From the NCBI GenBank assembly GCA_946477855.1, contig CAMKZU010000008.1, positions 3,102 through 67,101 of the forward strand: 64,000 nucleotides of DNA. Reading direction: 5' to 3'. Source of the stretch: an uncultured Lactobacillus sp. GTDB taxonomy: Bacteria; Bacillota; Bacilli; Lactobacillales; Lactobacillaceae. Below the pieces are notes generated by a model. The model searched no databases and was not told the DNA's origin. It saw nothing but the letters and a program-made list of their open reading frames with translations. A program made the position numbers and the translations under genes. Of this stretch, positions 51,373-61,608 are shown in pieces (the first letter of the stretch is position 1; every line of letters begins with the position of its first letter).

Positions 51373-51462
51373 TGATATTTTCCTTAAAAATCAAAAAATT
51401 AAGGCTAACTACAGCACTTAAACAAATCATAGTGTTTCATTAGTCTTAATTTTTATTTATTA

Positions 51463-52296
51463 CTAAAAAATATTTACCCAGCTACCTAATATTGCAAAAG
51501 CAAAAATTCCTAAAATAATATATATCATCTTGACATTCTTCTTCAGCAAAAACAAGCATAAGAATGTTACTCCTAATGGTAGAAGACCAGGAAAAATTTG
51601 ATCAAAAATACTTTGTAGTTTAGTAACTGTACCACTCAGATTGAATTGTAATTTAGCATTAAGTGTTACCATAGTTCCAATCATCGCTCCAATAACAGTT
51701 AATCCTAAAATTGAAGCGCCATAAGATAATTTTTCAATAGAATGGTTCCCTTCAGCTTGATTTAAAAATTTCGTACCTAAAGAATAACCATACTTAGCTG
51801 ATAGCCATTTTGCAATAAAATGAATTGATGTATAAATTAAGAAATATAAAATTGAGCCTAAAATATTGCCTTTCTTAGCTATGCCAATACCAATACCGGC
51901 AGCTATGACTCTAAAAGTTCCCCAAAAGAATGAATCTCCAATTCCTGAAAGTGGCCCCATTAGTCCAATTTTGACCTTATTGATTGAAGAAGTATCAAAT
52001 TCTGGATCCTGAGCATTTTTTTCTTCCATTGCAACTGAAATTGCCATTATGAAAGGAGAAATATGAGGTGTGACATTAAAAGTTTCACAATGCCTCTTTA
52101 GTGCATCGTAGTAGTCATCATCATTCGGATAAATTTTCCGAAGAGATCTCTCAATTCCATACATTTGACCATAGGCCATCATCTTGTCAAATGACCATGA
52201 CGATTGTATTAGAAAAGAGCGCCAAAACATACTACGTAGCTCTTTATTACCTATTAATGGCTTAGCATTTTGTTCCTTCTCTAAACTTTTATCCAT
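51463..52296 (-). CDS. PTS mannose/fructose/sorbose-family EIID
   Basis: QSSWSFDKM, KIGLMGPLSGIGDSFFW. Confidence 0.93.
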   Translation of the reverse strand: MDKSLEKEQNAKPLIGNKELRSMFWRSFLIQSSWSFDKMMAYGQMYGIERSLRKIYPNDDDYYDALKRHCETFNVTPHISPFIMAISVAMEEKNAQDPEFDTSSINKVKIGLMGPLSGIGDSFFWGTFRVIAAGIGIGIAKKGNILGSILYFLIYTSIHFIAKWLSAKYGYSLGTKFLNQAEGNHSIEKLSYGASILGLTVIGAMIGTMVTLNAKLQFNLSGTVTKLQSIFDQIFPGLLPLGVTFLCLFLLKKNVKMIYIILGIFAFAILGSWVNIF

Positions 52297-53042
52297 TAAA
52301 AGTCACCGCCTTCGTCAAATTTCATATTGTTAACAGCTATTAGAGCCACACACAAAGCTGCAACTGCTACACCAATTATATCCATCTTCAAATATTCGAC
52401 TGCTATAAAACCTAAGAACAAGTATGGCATTAACTTCTTGTTTCCCATCATCTTGATCAACAAAGCAATACCCACAGCGGATAATACTCCTGCAGCCACG
52501 TCAAACCCGTGTGTGACGAATTTAGGAATTAATTCAATTACCTTATTAATTGGTCCAGCACCAAAATAAGTTGAAAGGAAAACTAAAAGTCCTGATGGAA
52601 TTGCTATCCAAGCTGGCATCCAAAAAATATGCCATCTTTTGGCCGTTTTTATGTCATGATGATCAATTGCAGCTTCTATTTTCTTTCCGCCATAACTTGC
52701 GGGAACAGCATATACAAAATTCCGCCACATTTGCAAAAAAACAGAAACAGGTAAAGCAAGAGCTACTGCCGTACCTACACCAGCGTGATTCATAATAGCT
52801 ATTGCAATTCCGAGAACACTTGAAGAATAGACTTCAGGTGGTGTAGCACTACCTACCATAATAGAGCCCATAAACATTAATTCCAAAACAGCACCGAAAA
52901 TAATACCACTTTTTACGTCTCCTAATATTAGGCCCACAAAAGGTCCTGTAAATAAGGGTCTCATCATCATTGAAGCACCAAAGGTGCATTCTTCAAGTGA
53001 TGCAATGGCAGCTAATAAGCCGATTAAAATGCATTTAAGCAT
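52296..53042 (-). CDS. PTS mannose-family EIIC
   Basis: RPLFTGPFVGLILGD, LELMFMG, AVGIALL. Confidence 0.92.
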   Translation of the reverse strand: MLKCILIGLLAAIASLEECTFGASMMMRPLFTGPFVGLILGDVKSGIIFGAVLELMFMGSIMVGSATPPEVYSSSVLGIAIAIMNHAGVGTAVALALPVSVFLQMWRNFVYAVPASYGGKKIEAAIDHHDIKTAKRWHIFWMPAWIAIPSGLLVFLSTYFGAGPINKVIELIPKFVTHGFDVAAGVLSAVGIALLIKMMGNKKLMPYLFLGFIAVEYLKMDIIGVAVAALCVALIAVNNMKFDEGGDF

Positions 53043-53514
53043 TCTCCTTACCTCCTAAAGGATCTACCTTACTATCTTCTGGTATTGCGCGGCATTCAAC
53101 TTCAACTCCCAGCTTGATTAAAGATTTAATATATTCAAATTCTTCATCAGATAAAAAAACTGAATTAGTAACTTGCTTTTTACCCTCTGCCATTTTGATA
53201 TTGCCGAGATTGATATGTTTAATTTTATCTGAAGACTGTGCTAAATCTAAAGCATCCTTGATGTTATCAACTAGTAAAAAAATGTTGTATTTATTAATTG
53301 CTGTACCAGACAAAGCTCTTTTAGCATCTTTAACGTTTTTTATAACTAACTTCACTCCAGGGGGAGATGCAAGTTTTAATGATGCCATTCTAAAAGGACT
53401 GCTTGCTGCATCGTCATTAACTACGAAAATACAATTGGCACCAATAGCATTTGTCCAAGCAAAGGCTATTTGACCATGAATCAGTCTTTCATCAACTCTC
53501 ATAAGTTTTATCAT
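53035..53514 (-). CDS. PTS mannose-family EIIB
   Basis: RVDERLIHGQ with phospho-His; ATG at 53514 after GGAGG. Confidence 0.94.
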   Translation of the reverse strand: MIKLMRVDERLIHGQIAFAWTNAIGANCIFVVNDDAASSPFRMASLKLASPPGVKLVIKNVKDAKRALSGTAINKYNIFLLVDNIKDALDLAQSSDKIKHINLGNIKMAEGKKQVTNSVFLSDEEFEYIKSLIKLGVEVECRAIPEDSKVDPLGGKENA

Positions 53515-53549
53515 GTCTATACCCTCCAATCTTTATTTTATTTAATAAA

Positions 53550-54563
53550 TTAATAGTTTGCTTTTCTGTAATATCTCCTTATTTCAAGTGAATGGCCTGT
53601 CACTTCTTCCATATGAGTACTAATACGCTCTAAAGCAGCTGACAAGACAATTGGAGCAACGAATTGTCTTGTCTCAGCTTTTATCCCTTCCAACTTGAAA
53701 TCTTTTGAATCTAGAACCGTTACATAATTGCTATGTTGTCTTACAAATTTTTCAACCCTGTCTACTAATTGTCTAGAATTATCTTCACCCTTAAGTAGAA
53801 CAAAGCTCATGTTCTTATCAGTCATTTCAACAGTTCCGTGGAAGAATTCTGCAGCATTTATTGATTTGGTTGCTATCCATTGCATTTCTTCCAAAACACA
53901 CATTGCGTATTCATATGTTTGCCACCAAGTGTTACCAGCCCCAACAAACATGTGGAATTTAGTATTTTTATGCTTTTCCGCAAATTCTTTACTTTTTGCA
54001 TCAGCGTCTTTTCTTACTTGTAATAAAGTATCTGGCATTTTTTTGAGTGTATCAAGCAAAATATCATACTCAGGAAATTCGCCATTATTTTTCATAAAAC
54101 GAGCACCCAAAGCGAAGAACTGTATTTCAAGTACTTCCACCAAGTTGTCATTACTTGCCTCTCCTGCAAATGCATAATCTACAGTTTTGGCAAATTCTGA
54201 GTTTTCATCACCAGTAAATCCAATCGTCTTTGCACCAACACTATTAGCATATTTGACTGCATCAATAGTCTCCTTAGTTGTACCGGTGAGTGAAGCTGAA
54301 ACTAGTATCGAATCTTTATCTAAATTTTTGGGATGTAATTTAACAACTTCTGCAGCAATTTCATGATGAACTGAAAGTTTAGAATTTTCTTTAAACATGT
54401 AAGAAAGTGAACCAATTGTTGCAAAAGTTCCACCTGAACCAACTAAGTAAATATTTGAAAAACCATTATCAGAAAGTTTATCAACAACATTATTAATTTT
54501 AGGAATCTGGTTTACAGCTCCTGTCAAAACACGCTTATAGGTTTCTTCACTATAACCTTTCAT
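53550..54563 (-). CDS. Double-SIS fructosamine-6-phosphate deglycase (GfrF/FrlB-like)
   Basis: GSGGT, SLTGTTKET, CVLEEMQW..AAEFFHGT, C-terminal RRYYR. Confidence 0.85.
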   Translation of the reverse strand: MKGYSEETYKRVLTGAVNQIPKINNVVDKLSDNGFSNIYLVGSGGTFATIGSLSYMFKENSKLSVHHEIAAEVVKLHPKNLDKDSILVSASLTGTTKETIDAVKYANSVGAKTIGFTGDENSEFAKTVDYAFAGEASNDNLVEVLEIQFFALGARFMKNNGEFPEYDILLDTLKKMPDTLLQVRKDADAKSKEFAEKHKNTKFHMFVGAGNTWWQTYEYAMCVLEEMQWIATKSINAAEFFHGTVEMTDKNMSFVLLKGEDNSRQLVDRVEKFVRQHSNYVTVLDSKDFKLEGIKAETRQFVAPIVLSAALERISTHMEEVTGHSLEIRRYYRKANY

Positions 54564-54596
54564 TAATTTTCTCCTCTTTAAAAAAATATTATCTAA

Positions 54597-54662
54597 AAAA
54601 GTATCCGGACCACTTTTCGATTTTAGTGTACCGCGTATAAATACAAGATGTCAACGCTTTCT
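54597..54662 (-). promoter_or_regulatory. Promoter of the deglycase-PTS operon with overlapping cre and candidate operator
   Basis: Minus strand AGAAAGCG-TTGACA-18 nt-TACACT; dyad AAAAGT-a-TCCGGA-cc-ACTTTT (54597-54617) downstream. Confidence 0.65.
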
Positions 54663-54782
54663 TTTACATTTTTTATAATTATTGTTTTTGTAATATACAA
54701 ACTTATTGCTATAACAAGTCTTATAATTTAAAATTAAAGTTTGAAAAATTGTGGATGCTGAATATTAATCGATTAGACAAAC

Positions 54783-54821
54783 AAAAAACCTGTTATCAAT
54801 TTATAGTGATAACAGATTTTT
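54783..54821 (-). terminator. murJ terminator
   Basis: CTGTTATCA..TGATAACAG flanked by A/T runs. Confidence 0.7.
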
Positions 54822-54853
54822 CATTTACTAACTGTATTAAAATAATATTTTAT

Positions 54854-56497
54854 TTAAACATGAATATGCAATTTTTCTAAGATAGGAATAATTTTATCTC
54901 CCAAAATTTTCTGTGCCAGATCAGACTTAATTGCCGCAAATCCGTAAAATACGCAGCCCACTAAAATGGATATAACTACAATGATTAATGACTGCAAACT
55001 ACTTGCAGGGTTCAGGAAAAGCTCAAGTCCCTTTTCTACTGCCAAAACGATTAAAAACATGATTACAGAAAATGCGGTAATTCCGATAAAACGCCTTCTT
55101 GTTCGATCTTGGTTAAAATTATAGCCGACTTTAAGGTGTTTTAAAGCCATAAAGATAATGACAAGCATCCCTAAATTAGTTGCAATCAATGGTCCAAATA
55201 CTTTAAACAAGTAAATCATTGGATATTGCATCAAAATTTTTATAATCAAGCCTAATATTAAATACTTTATCGCAAGACCATTTTCTGATAATCCCTGCAA
55301 AATGGCCATCAATACAGTGAATAAACCCAAGCTAATTGCTGTAAATGATGATAGATATAATACATTTGCACCCAGCTTATCATAACCATAGAAAATTGTA
55401 TAAACCGGTGTAGAAATTGCTGCCATACCAAAAGAAGCAGGAATCATGACGAATAGAAATAAATCTAAAGTGTTGCCTATTTGATTTGAAATCGCGTGAA
55501 AGTCATGCTTCGTGTGTGCTGCAGACAACAAAGGAATTGTTGTCACTGCCATTGCACTGGCAAGAGACACGATAATCATTATCAACTTATTGGCATTAAG
55601 GGCAAATAACGCATACCAAGTCTCAATTGTATTATTAGATGCATTGATTAAGCTAGCAATCATGGGATGAAAAGAATATTGATCCACCAGATAAAAAAGC
55701 TGGATACCAGCATCAATAATAATAAACGGAATTGCCTGAGCAATAATTTCTGCAAAAAGAGCAGAGGTTGAAACTTGGATTTCATTATTAGAGTTTTCAA
55801 CTAATTCATTAAGCTTCTCACGTCGCGAAAGCAAAAACCAGGCTAGAACGGCAATTCCGAAAATTGCTCCGATTGCAGCAGCTAAATTTGACTGCACAAC
55901 AGCGTCAACAAAGTTGCCGTGTTGCACCTGCATAATTACATAAGCAGTTAATAACATCCAAATAACCCGCGCCAGCTGTTCCACAAACTGAGACAGGGCC
56001 GATGGCATCATATCTTCATAGCCCTGAAAATATCCCCGCATGATGCTTAACACAGGAATAATCAAGATAGCGTATGACAGACTACGCATGACTTTTACCT
56101 GTCTGGGATCAATCTGCGAGCCGTTAGATGCCAGAAAAGGCGAAGCAAAGTACATTATTGCAGCTGATATGATACCCAAAATTACCATCAAAATCAGACC
56201 ACGATGAAAAAGCTTACGTCCTACACCATATTCATTAAGTGCATTGTATTTAGCTACCTGCTTAGCAACAGCACCCGGAATTCCTGCTGTAGATATTAAA
56301 ATAAAAATACTATAGATATTATAACTTCTAGCAGTTAATGCATTGGCAATATTACCGTAAGGTGACATCCAATAAAACCATGGAATAATATAGAGTGCCC
56401 CTAAAATACGTGACGTAATAGAGCCAAAGGTCATCCACGCACTGCCCTTAATGAAGGTATTTTGTGTATTTTGTTCAGTTAAATTATTTTCTCTCAT
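54854..56497 (-). CDS. murJ: MOP-family flippase (YtgP/MurJ-like)
   Basis: SRILGALYIIP, STAGIPGAVAK, RGYFQG, SQFVEQ. Confidence 0.82.
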   Translation of the reverse strand: MRENNLTEQNTQNTFIKGSAWMTFGSITSRILGALYIIPWFYWMSPYGNIANALTARSYNIYSIFILISTAGIPGAVAKQVAKYNALNEYGVGRKLFHRGLILMVILGIISAAIMYFASPFLASNGSQIDPRQVKVMRSLSYAILIIPVLSIMRGYFQGYEDMMPSALSQFVEQLARVIWMLLTAYVIMQVQHGNFVDAVVQSNLAAAIGAIFGIAVLAWFLLSRREKLNELVENSNNEIQVSTSALFAEIIAQAIPFIIIDAGIQLFYLVDQYSFHPMIASLINASNNTIETWYALFALNANKLIMIIVSLASAMAVTTIPLLSAAHTKHDFHAISNQIGNTLDLFLFVMIPASFGMAAISTPVYTIFYGYDKLGANVLYLSSFTAISLGLFTVLMAILQGLSENGLAIKYLILGLIIKILMQYPMIYLFKVFGPLIATNLGMLVIIFMALKHLKVGYNFNQDRTRRRFIGITAFSVIMFLIVLAVEKGLELFLNPASSLQSLIIVVISILVGCVFYGFAAIKSDLAQKILGDKIIPILEKLHIHV

Positions 56498-56592
56498 TAA
56501 TATTCCCTAAATCTAGTTTTCTAACTATATTATTGTGAATGAAAAAAGGCAATTAACAACAAATATACTTTGCACTTTAGGAAAAATTAACT

Positions 56593-59007
56593 TTATTTGG
56601 CTACAATATTAACAATCTTATTTGGCACGACGATGACCTTCTTAATATCTTTGCCTTTTAAAAATTTTTGTACATGAGGTAAAGCCAAGGCTTGCTTTTG
56701 AATTTCAGCTTTATCTAAATCAACAGCTGCTGTGAAATTTCCGCGCAGTTTGCCATTAACTTGTACCATAATTTCAACTGTTGACTCAACTAATTTAGCC
56801 GGATCGTAGGTTGGCCATTTGGCAAAGGTCACAGATTCATTATGACCAAATATCTGCCAGATTTCTTCCATCATGTGTGGAGCAATCGGCGCTAAAAGCG
56901 TGATAAAACCTTCCGCATATTTCCTTGGAATAGTTTTAGCTTTCTGTGCGGCATTAACAAAAACCATTAATTGAGAAATCGCGGTATTAAAGTGTAAATC
57001 ATCAAAATCTTCCGTTACCTTTTTAACAGTTTCATTATAAACTTTATCTAAAGTACCATCGTTGTCCTCCACGATATTTTCATGAGGAATAGCTTTAAGA
57101 TCTAAATCGTTGACAAATAAGCGCCAAACCCTATCCAAGAACTTCTTGGTTGAAGCGGGACCATTATCATCCCAGTCAATAGAAGCATCAAGAGGTCCCA
57201 TGAACATTTCGTACATTCTCAGACTGTCTGCACCATACTCATCGATCACGTCATCCGGGTTAACTACATTGCCTTTTGACTTAGACATTTTATCATGGTC
57301 TTTCAGAATTAATCCCTGATTGAATAATCTTTGGAATGGCTCTTCATTTGGAACAACTCCCAAATCATATAAAACCATATTCCAAAATCTAGCATAAAGC
57401 AGGTGTCGTACAGCATGCTCTGCACCACCGATATAAAGATCAACCGGCATCCACTTCTTGAGCAATTCGTAATCGGCTAATTTATTATCATTGTGCGGAT
57501 CAACAAAGCGCAGGAAGTACCATGAAGAACCCGCCCAATTAGGCATAGTATTAGTTTCACGTTTACCCTTACGGCCATTTTTATCAACTACATTAACCCA
57601 GTCTTTTAAGTTTACTAAGGGGCTTTCTGGTGTGCCTGACGGCTTAATATCGGTTGCGTGTGGTAAAACCAGTGGCAATTCATCTTCAGGAACTAAAGTA
57701 GTTTCCCCATCTTCCCAATGAATTACTGGAATTGGCTCGCCCCAATAGCGCTGACGACTAAATTCCCAGTCGCGTAATTTGTAATTGACCTTTTTTTCTC
57801 CTGCATGGTGTTCAGTAAGCCAGGCGACAATTTTCTCTTTAGCATCTGCAATATTAAGGCCGTTTAGAAACTCTGATTCAATGTGTGGACCATCACCGGT
57901 AAATGCTTCCTGAGCAATATCTCCACCTTTAATAACAGCCTTAATAGGCAAATTGAATTTTCGAGCGAACTCATAATCACGTGTATCGTGGGCAGGAACT
58001 GCCATGACCGCACCAGTACCATAACTGCCAAGTACATAGTCAGCAATCCAGATAGGAATTTCTTCATTATTCACAGGATTAATTGCATATGCACCAGTAA
58101 AAACGCCAGTCTTAGTTTTATTTAAATCTGTTCTTTCAAGGTCGGACTTAGATTCAATTTGTTTAATATAGGCATTGACTTCATCTTTATGACCATCAGT
58201 CATAATTTTTTTGACTAATTTGTTTTCAGGAGCTAACACAGCATAAGTTGCGCCAAATAAAGTGTCCGGACGTGTACTAAAGACATCAAATGTTTCGTTA
58301 GAATTTTTGACCTTAAAAGTAATTTGGGCACCTACTGAACGACCAATCCAGTTACGTTGCATTTCCTTAATGTTTTCTGGCCAGTCAAGATTATCCAGGC
58401 CTGCAAGAAGACGGTCAGCATATTTGGTAATTCTTAACATCCATTGCTTCATGTTACGACGATATATTGGGTAACCACCACGTTCAGTCTTACCATCAAC
58501 AATATCTTCGTTAGCAACAACTGTACCTAAATCTGGTGACCAGTTAACCGGTGCTTCTGCTTCATAAGCCAAGCCATTTTTATACATTTGCTCAAAAGTC
58601 CATTGCGTCCACTTGTAATATTTTGGATCACAAGTTGCCAATTCTCTGTTCCAGTCGTATGAGAATCCTAGAGTATTGAGCTGTCTTTTAAAATTAGCAA
58701 TATTTTCAGTAGTAACAACAGCCGGATCTTGTCCCGTTTGAAGAGCATATTGTTCAGTAGGAAGACCAAAAGCATCCCAACCCATTGGGTGAAGGACGTT
58801 ATAGCCTTGACTGCGCTTCATTCGTGCGACAATATCGGTTGCTGTGTAACCTTCTGGGTGTCCTACATGCAGTCCTTTACCGGATGGAAAAGGAAACATA
58901 TCTAAAACATAATAATTTTTCTTTTTCGGGTCATTACCGGTTTTAAATGTTTGATTTTTTTCCCAGTAATCCTGCCATTTTTTTTCGACAACTTTGTGAT
59001 TGTACAT
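56593..59007 (-). CDS. leuS: Leucine--tRNA ligase
   Basis: HVGH, CP1 TRPDT and [17 protein letters not shown]. Confidence 0.98.
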   Translation of the reverse strand: MYNHKVVEKKWQDYWEKNQTFKTGNDPKKKNYYVLDMFPFPSGKGLHVGHPEGYTATDIVARMKRSQGYNVLHPMGWDAFGLPTEQYALQTGQDPAVVTTENIANFKRQLNTLGFSYDWNRELATCDPKYYKWTQWTFEQMYKNGLAYEAEAPVNWSPDLGTVVANEDIVDGKTERGGYPIYRRNMKQWMLRITKYADRLLAGLDNLDWPENIKEMQRNWIGRSVGAQITFKVKNSNETFDVFSTRPDTLFGATYAVLAPENKLVKKIMTDGHKDEVNAYIKQIESKSDLERTDLNKTKTGVFTGAYAINPVNNEEIPIWIADYVLGSYGTGAVMAVPAHDTRDYEFARKFNLPIKAVIKGGDIAQEAFTGDGPHIESEFLNGLNIADAKEKIVAWLTEHHAGEKKVNYKLRDWEFSRQRYWGEPIPVIHWEDGETTLVPEDELPLVLPHATDIKPSGTPESPLVNLKDWVNVVDKNGRKGKRETNTMPNWAGSSWYFLRFVDPHNDNKLADYELLKKWMPVDLYIGGAEHAVRHLLYARFWNMVLYDLGVVPNEEPFQRLFNQGLILKDHDKMSKSKGNVVNPDDVIDEYGADSLRMYEMFMGPLDASIDWDDNGPASTKKFLDRVWRLFVNDLDLKAIPHENIVEDNDGTLDKVYNETVKKVTEDFDDLHFNTAISQLMVFVNAAQKAKTIPRKYAEGFITLLAPIAPHMMEEIWQIFGHNESVTFAKWPTYDPAKLVESTVEIMVQVNGKLRGNFTAAVDLDKAEIQKQALALPHVQKFLKGKDIKKVIVVPNKIVNIVAK

Positions 59008-59019
59008 ATTTTTACCTCA

Positions 59020-59225
59020 TAAAAAAAGTCCTATGAAATATTTTTTCATAGGACGAATAATCGCGGTACCACCTAAGTTCCGCACCAAAAGTGCGACACT
59101 CATGCCCCTTAACGCGGATAGCAAACGTTAGATTTGTTCCAGGCTCAGTTCACAACCTATTTTTCAAGTCTTGCACCTTCCGACTCTTCTCTATAGAAAA
59201 ACAAAATTGCTACTAGTTCCTGATC
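59020..59225 (-). promoter_or_regulatory. T-box riboswitch (leuS leader), CUG specifier
   Basis: AGGTGGTACCGCG, terminator GTCCTATGAAA..TTTCATAGGAC-T7, specifier GAA-CTG-A at 59146-59148. Confidence 0.92.
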
Positions 59226-59262
59226 TTTATTTTTTGATCAATAATGATTATAATTTACCACA

Positions 59263-59955
59263 ATGAATAAAAAAAACAAGGGGAGAAAGTTTTTGAACAA
59301 AACAATTCAGACAAAAAGAGACACCATAGTACCTGCTACAATCTTTTTGATTGCTTATGCAGCGTGGGCAATTTTAGTTGCTTCCGAAAACCAGTTTATC
59401 CAAAAATTTGATCAAACTGTCATAAATATTATTTGCAATAACAATCCTGCCGCAATCAAGTTTGCAACTACATTTACTAATCTAGGTAATACTAACGTAA
59501 TTATGGTCGAAACGATCATCTTGGTAATTGTTTTGGCGTTTTGCAGAAAATTTGCTTATGCTTTTTTTACTGCTGGAACAATGATTGCGGCTAACGGATA
59601 CAACTGGATCATCAAACACGCAATAGCTCGTCACAGACCGCTTACCCAACACCTTGTGGCAGCTCACGGTTATAGTTTTCCATCAGGACATTCAGTTGGC
59701 AGTGCCACATTATTTGGGATTTTGATTGTTTTAACAATTTTATTAATTAAAAATAAAGCTATAAAAACTGTATTGTGCATCATTTGGGCCTGTTTTCCAA
59801 TATTAATTGGTTATACAAGGATTTTCAACCACGTTCACTACCCTTCTGATGTGGTAGGTGGTTTTTTAGAAGGAATTGCATTTCTTTTGATTGGTTATTC
59901 TTTCTTATACCACTATTATTTAGAAAATCAAAGAGCACAAAACAATATTTACTAA
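59263..59955 (+). CDS. PAP2-family membrane phosphatase
   Basis: KHAIARHRP, SFPSGHS, TRIFNHVHYPSDV; true start may be TTG at 59293. Confidence 0.92.
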   Translation: MNKKNKGRKFLNKTIQTKRDTIVPATIFLIAYAAWAILVASENQFIQKFDQTVINIICNNNPAAIKFATTFTNLGNTNVIMVETIILVIVLAFCRKFAYAFFTAGTMIAANGYNWIIKHAIARHRPLTQHLVAAHGYSFPSGHSVGSATLFGILIVLTILLIKNKAIKTVLCIIWACFPILIGYTRIFNHVHYPSDVVGGFLEGIAFLLIGYSFLYHYYLENQRAQNNIY

Positions 59956-59957
59956 GT

Positions 59958-60000
59958 AAAAAGGATTCATTGCTTTGAAAATAAGCTTGAATCCTTTTTT
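59958..60000. terminator. Bidirectional terminator
   Basis: AAAAAGGATTCA..TGAATCCTTTTT between convergent genes. Confidence 0.75.
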
Positions 60001-60014
60001 ATGTCAAAATTACT

Positions 60015-60503
60015 CTAATCTAGTGCTAGTCGTTCAATGATGCTTTTATATGCAGGGTACTGTTTTAATAAATCTGCCTTTTTAAGTATCTCAAAGTCAT
60101 GATAATCAAATCCTGGTGAAACAACACAACTTACTAAACAAAAACTATTTGGTTTAGTAACTTCTGATGCAAAAATGGTGTGTTTGGGAACTTTGAATTG
60201 CATACATTCTCCAGCCGAAACATTTTTGCCTAACTTAACAGCAGTATATTTACCATCTGGAAAAATACAATGAATAGTAATTGTTTCTCCATCGTGGTAA
60301 TACCACATTTCATCATGGTTCAGTCGGTGAAAGTGAGAACAACTGGTATCATCAAGCAAAAAGTAAATTGAAGTGTAATAAAAACGATTTCCTTTGCTAT
60401 CCTTATCATAAAATTCTTCGTCACTAGTATAAACTTGTCTAAACCAGCCACCTTCTTGGTGAGGTTCAAGATTTAAACTTTTGATATAGTCGTTTCTTTG
60501 CAT
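60015..60503 (-). CDS. Cupin_5 (DUF985) protein
   Basis: LEPHQEGG, TSIYFLL, HFHRL..DEMW, CVVSPGFDYHDF. Confidence 0.9.
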   Translation of the reverse strand: MQRNDYIKSLNLEPHQEGGWFRQVYTSDEEFYDKDSKGNRFYYTSIYFLLDDTSCSHFHRLNHDEMWYYHDGETITIHCIFPDGKYTAVKLGKNVSAGECMQFKVPKHTIFASEVTKPNSFCLVSCVVSPGFDYHDFEILKKADLLKQYPAYKSIIERLALD

Positions 60504-60733
60504 TTTTTCTCCTTAATAAATTTTGAATAATTAAATTCCTTTATTATAAATTTAGCTCACTTTGTCTCTATTGTCAGCTGAATTTTTTTGTAGGCAAACA
60601 ACATCTACCAAAACTAATATTGCACATACCTTATATTGGTATGACACTATTATTCAAAATCAGTTGTGAAGGAAGTCAAAAACTAAAAATGATATGATTC
60701 CAGAATTCAAGAAACATATCATTTTTTATTTAG

Positions 60734-61486
60734 TTAATTTTGAACTAAATAAATTTGCCTCATTTTGCTCTTAAAATCACTCGGCAAATCCAGTCCTTTA
60801 ATCAAATAATTATCAAAATCGCCATAATTTTGTTTAATGGCAGAAAAATACCGTTCCAAATATGACTTTTGAACTGTTAAAGCAACAGCAACATCTTTCA
60901 ATTGTGAACTTGTTAATTGGTCTCTTAGGTAGTCCAAAATTTCCTGATTTTCCTGCTTGCGCGCTTCAATAGTTTTTAGATAATCGGCAAAGATTTGATC
61001 GTCACTTACTCCCAGGCTTTTCAAAATTAAAGCTGCTGCCACTCCTGTGCGATCTTTACCCGCAAAGCAATGAATTGCTGTCGGAACAGGATCATATATG
61101 AGCGCCATTAAAAATTGGTGATAGCCATTTTGAGCAGATTTTTGTAAAGCCAGTTCTTCATAGGTGGTAAGCATATCTTCTTCAGCCTGATTATTACCGG
61201 AAACAATTTCATCAACACTGGCTTGATTAACTTGCGCATCTTTTAACACATCAATTACAACGTAATCTAATCCGGACCACAAATAATCTGGAAATTGTTT
61301 TCTTTCTTCCTCACCCCTAAAATCAAAAACCCTCTTAATTTGATATTTATTTTGGACTTGTTCTTTTTGATAAGACGTCAAATTATACAATTGTCCACAT
61401 CGAAATAGTAGTCCATCTTTTACTTTTCTTCCTGCAAATCCAGTGTAACCACCTAAGGAACGCCAATTAGTAATTTCCCTTGTCAT
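60734..61486 (-). CDS. Tyrosine/serine-protein phosphatase family
   Basis: NWRSLGG, HCFAGKDRTG (CX5R). Confidence 0.92.
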   Translation of the reverse strand: MTREITNWRSLGGYTGFAGRKVKDGLLFRCGQLYNLTSYQKEQVQNKYQIKRVFDFRGEEERKQFPDYLWSGLDYVVIDVLKDAQVNQASVDEIVSGNNQAEEDMLTTYEELALQKSAQNGYHQFLMALIYDPVPTAIHCFAGKDRTGVAAALILKSLGVSDDQIFADYLKTIEARKQENQEILDYLRDQLTSSQLKDVAVALTVQKSYLERYFSAIKQNYGDFDNYLIKGLDLPSDFKSKMRQIYLVQN

Positions 61487-61559
61487 TTTTAATACCCCAG
61501 TTACCTATTAAGTTTAATATTAACAATTATAATTTTTTAGGAAAAATATTTCTACTAAT

Positions 61560-61591
61560 AAAAAACCTGCTGGCGAATAAACCAGCAGGTC
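61560..61591 (-). terminator. Terminator after MFS gene
   Basis: ACCTGCTGG-ttattcg-CCAGCAGGT-TTTTT on minus strand. Confidence 0.8.
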
Positions 61592-61608
61592 TGTTATAAA
61601 TCGAATTA

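Noticed and set aside
46670-54853. att-site duplication of the tRNA 3' end bounding the island
   Set aside because: No second copy of the tRNA 3' sequence found by eye
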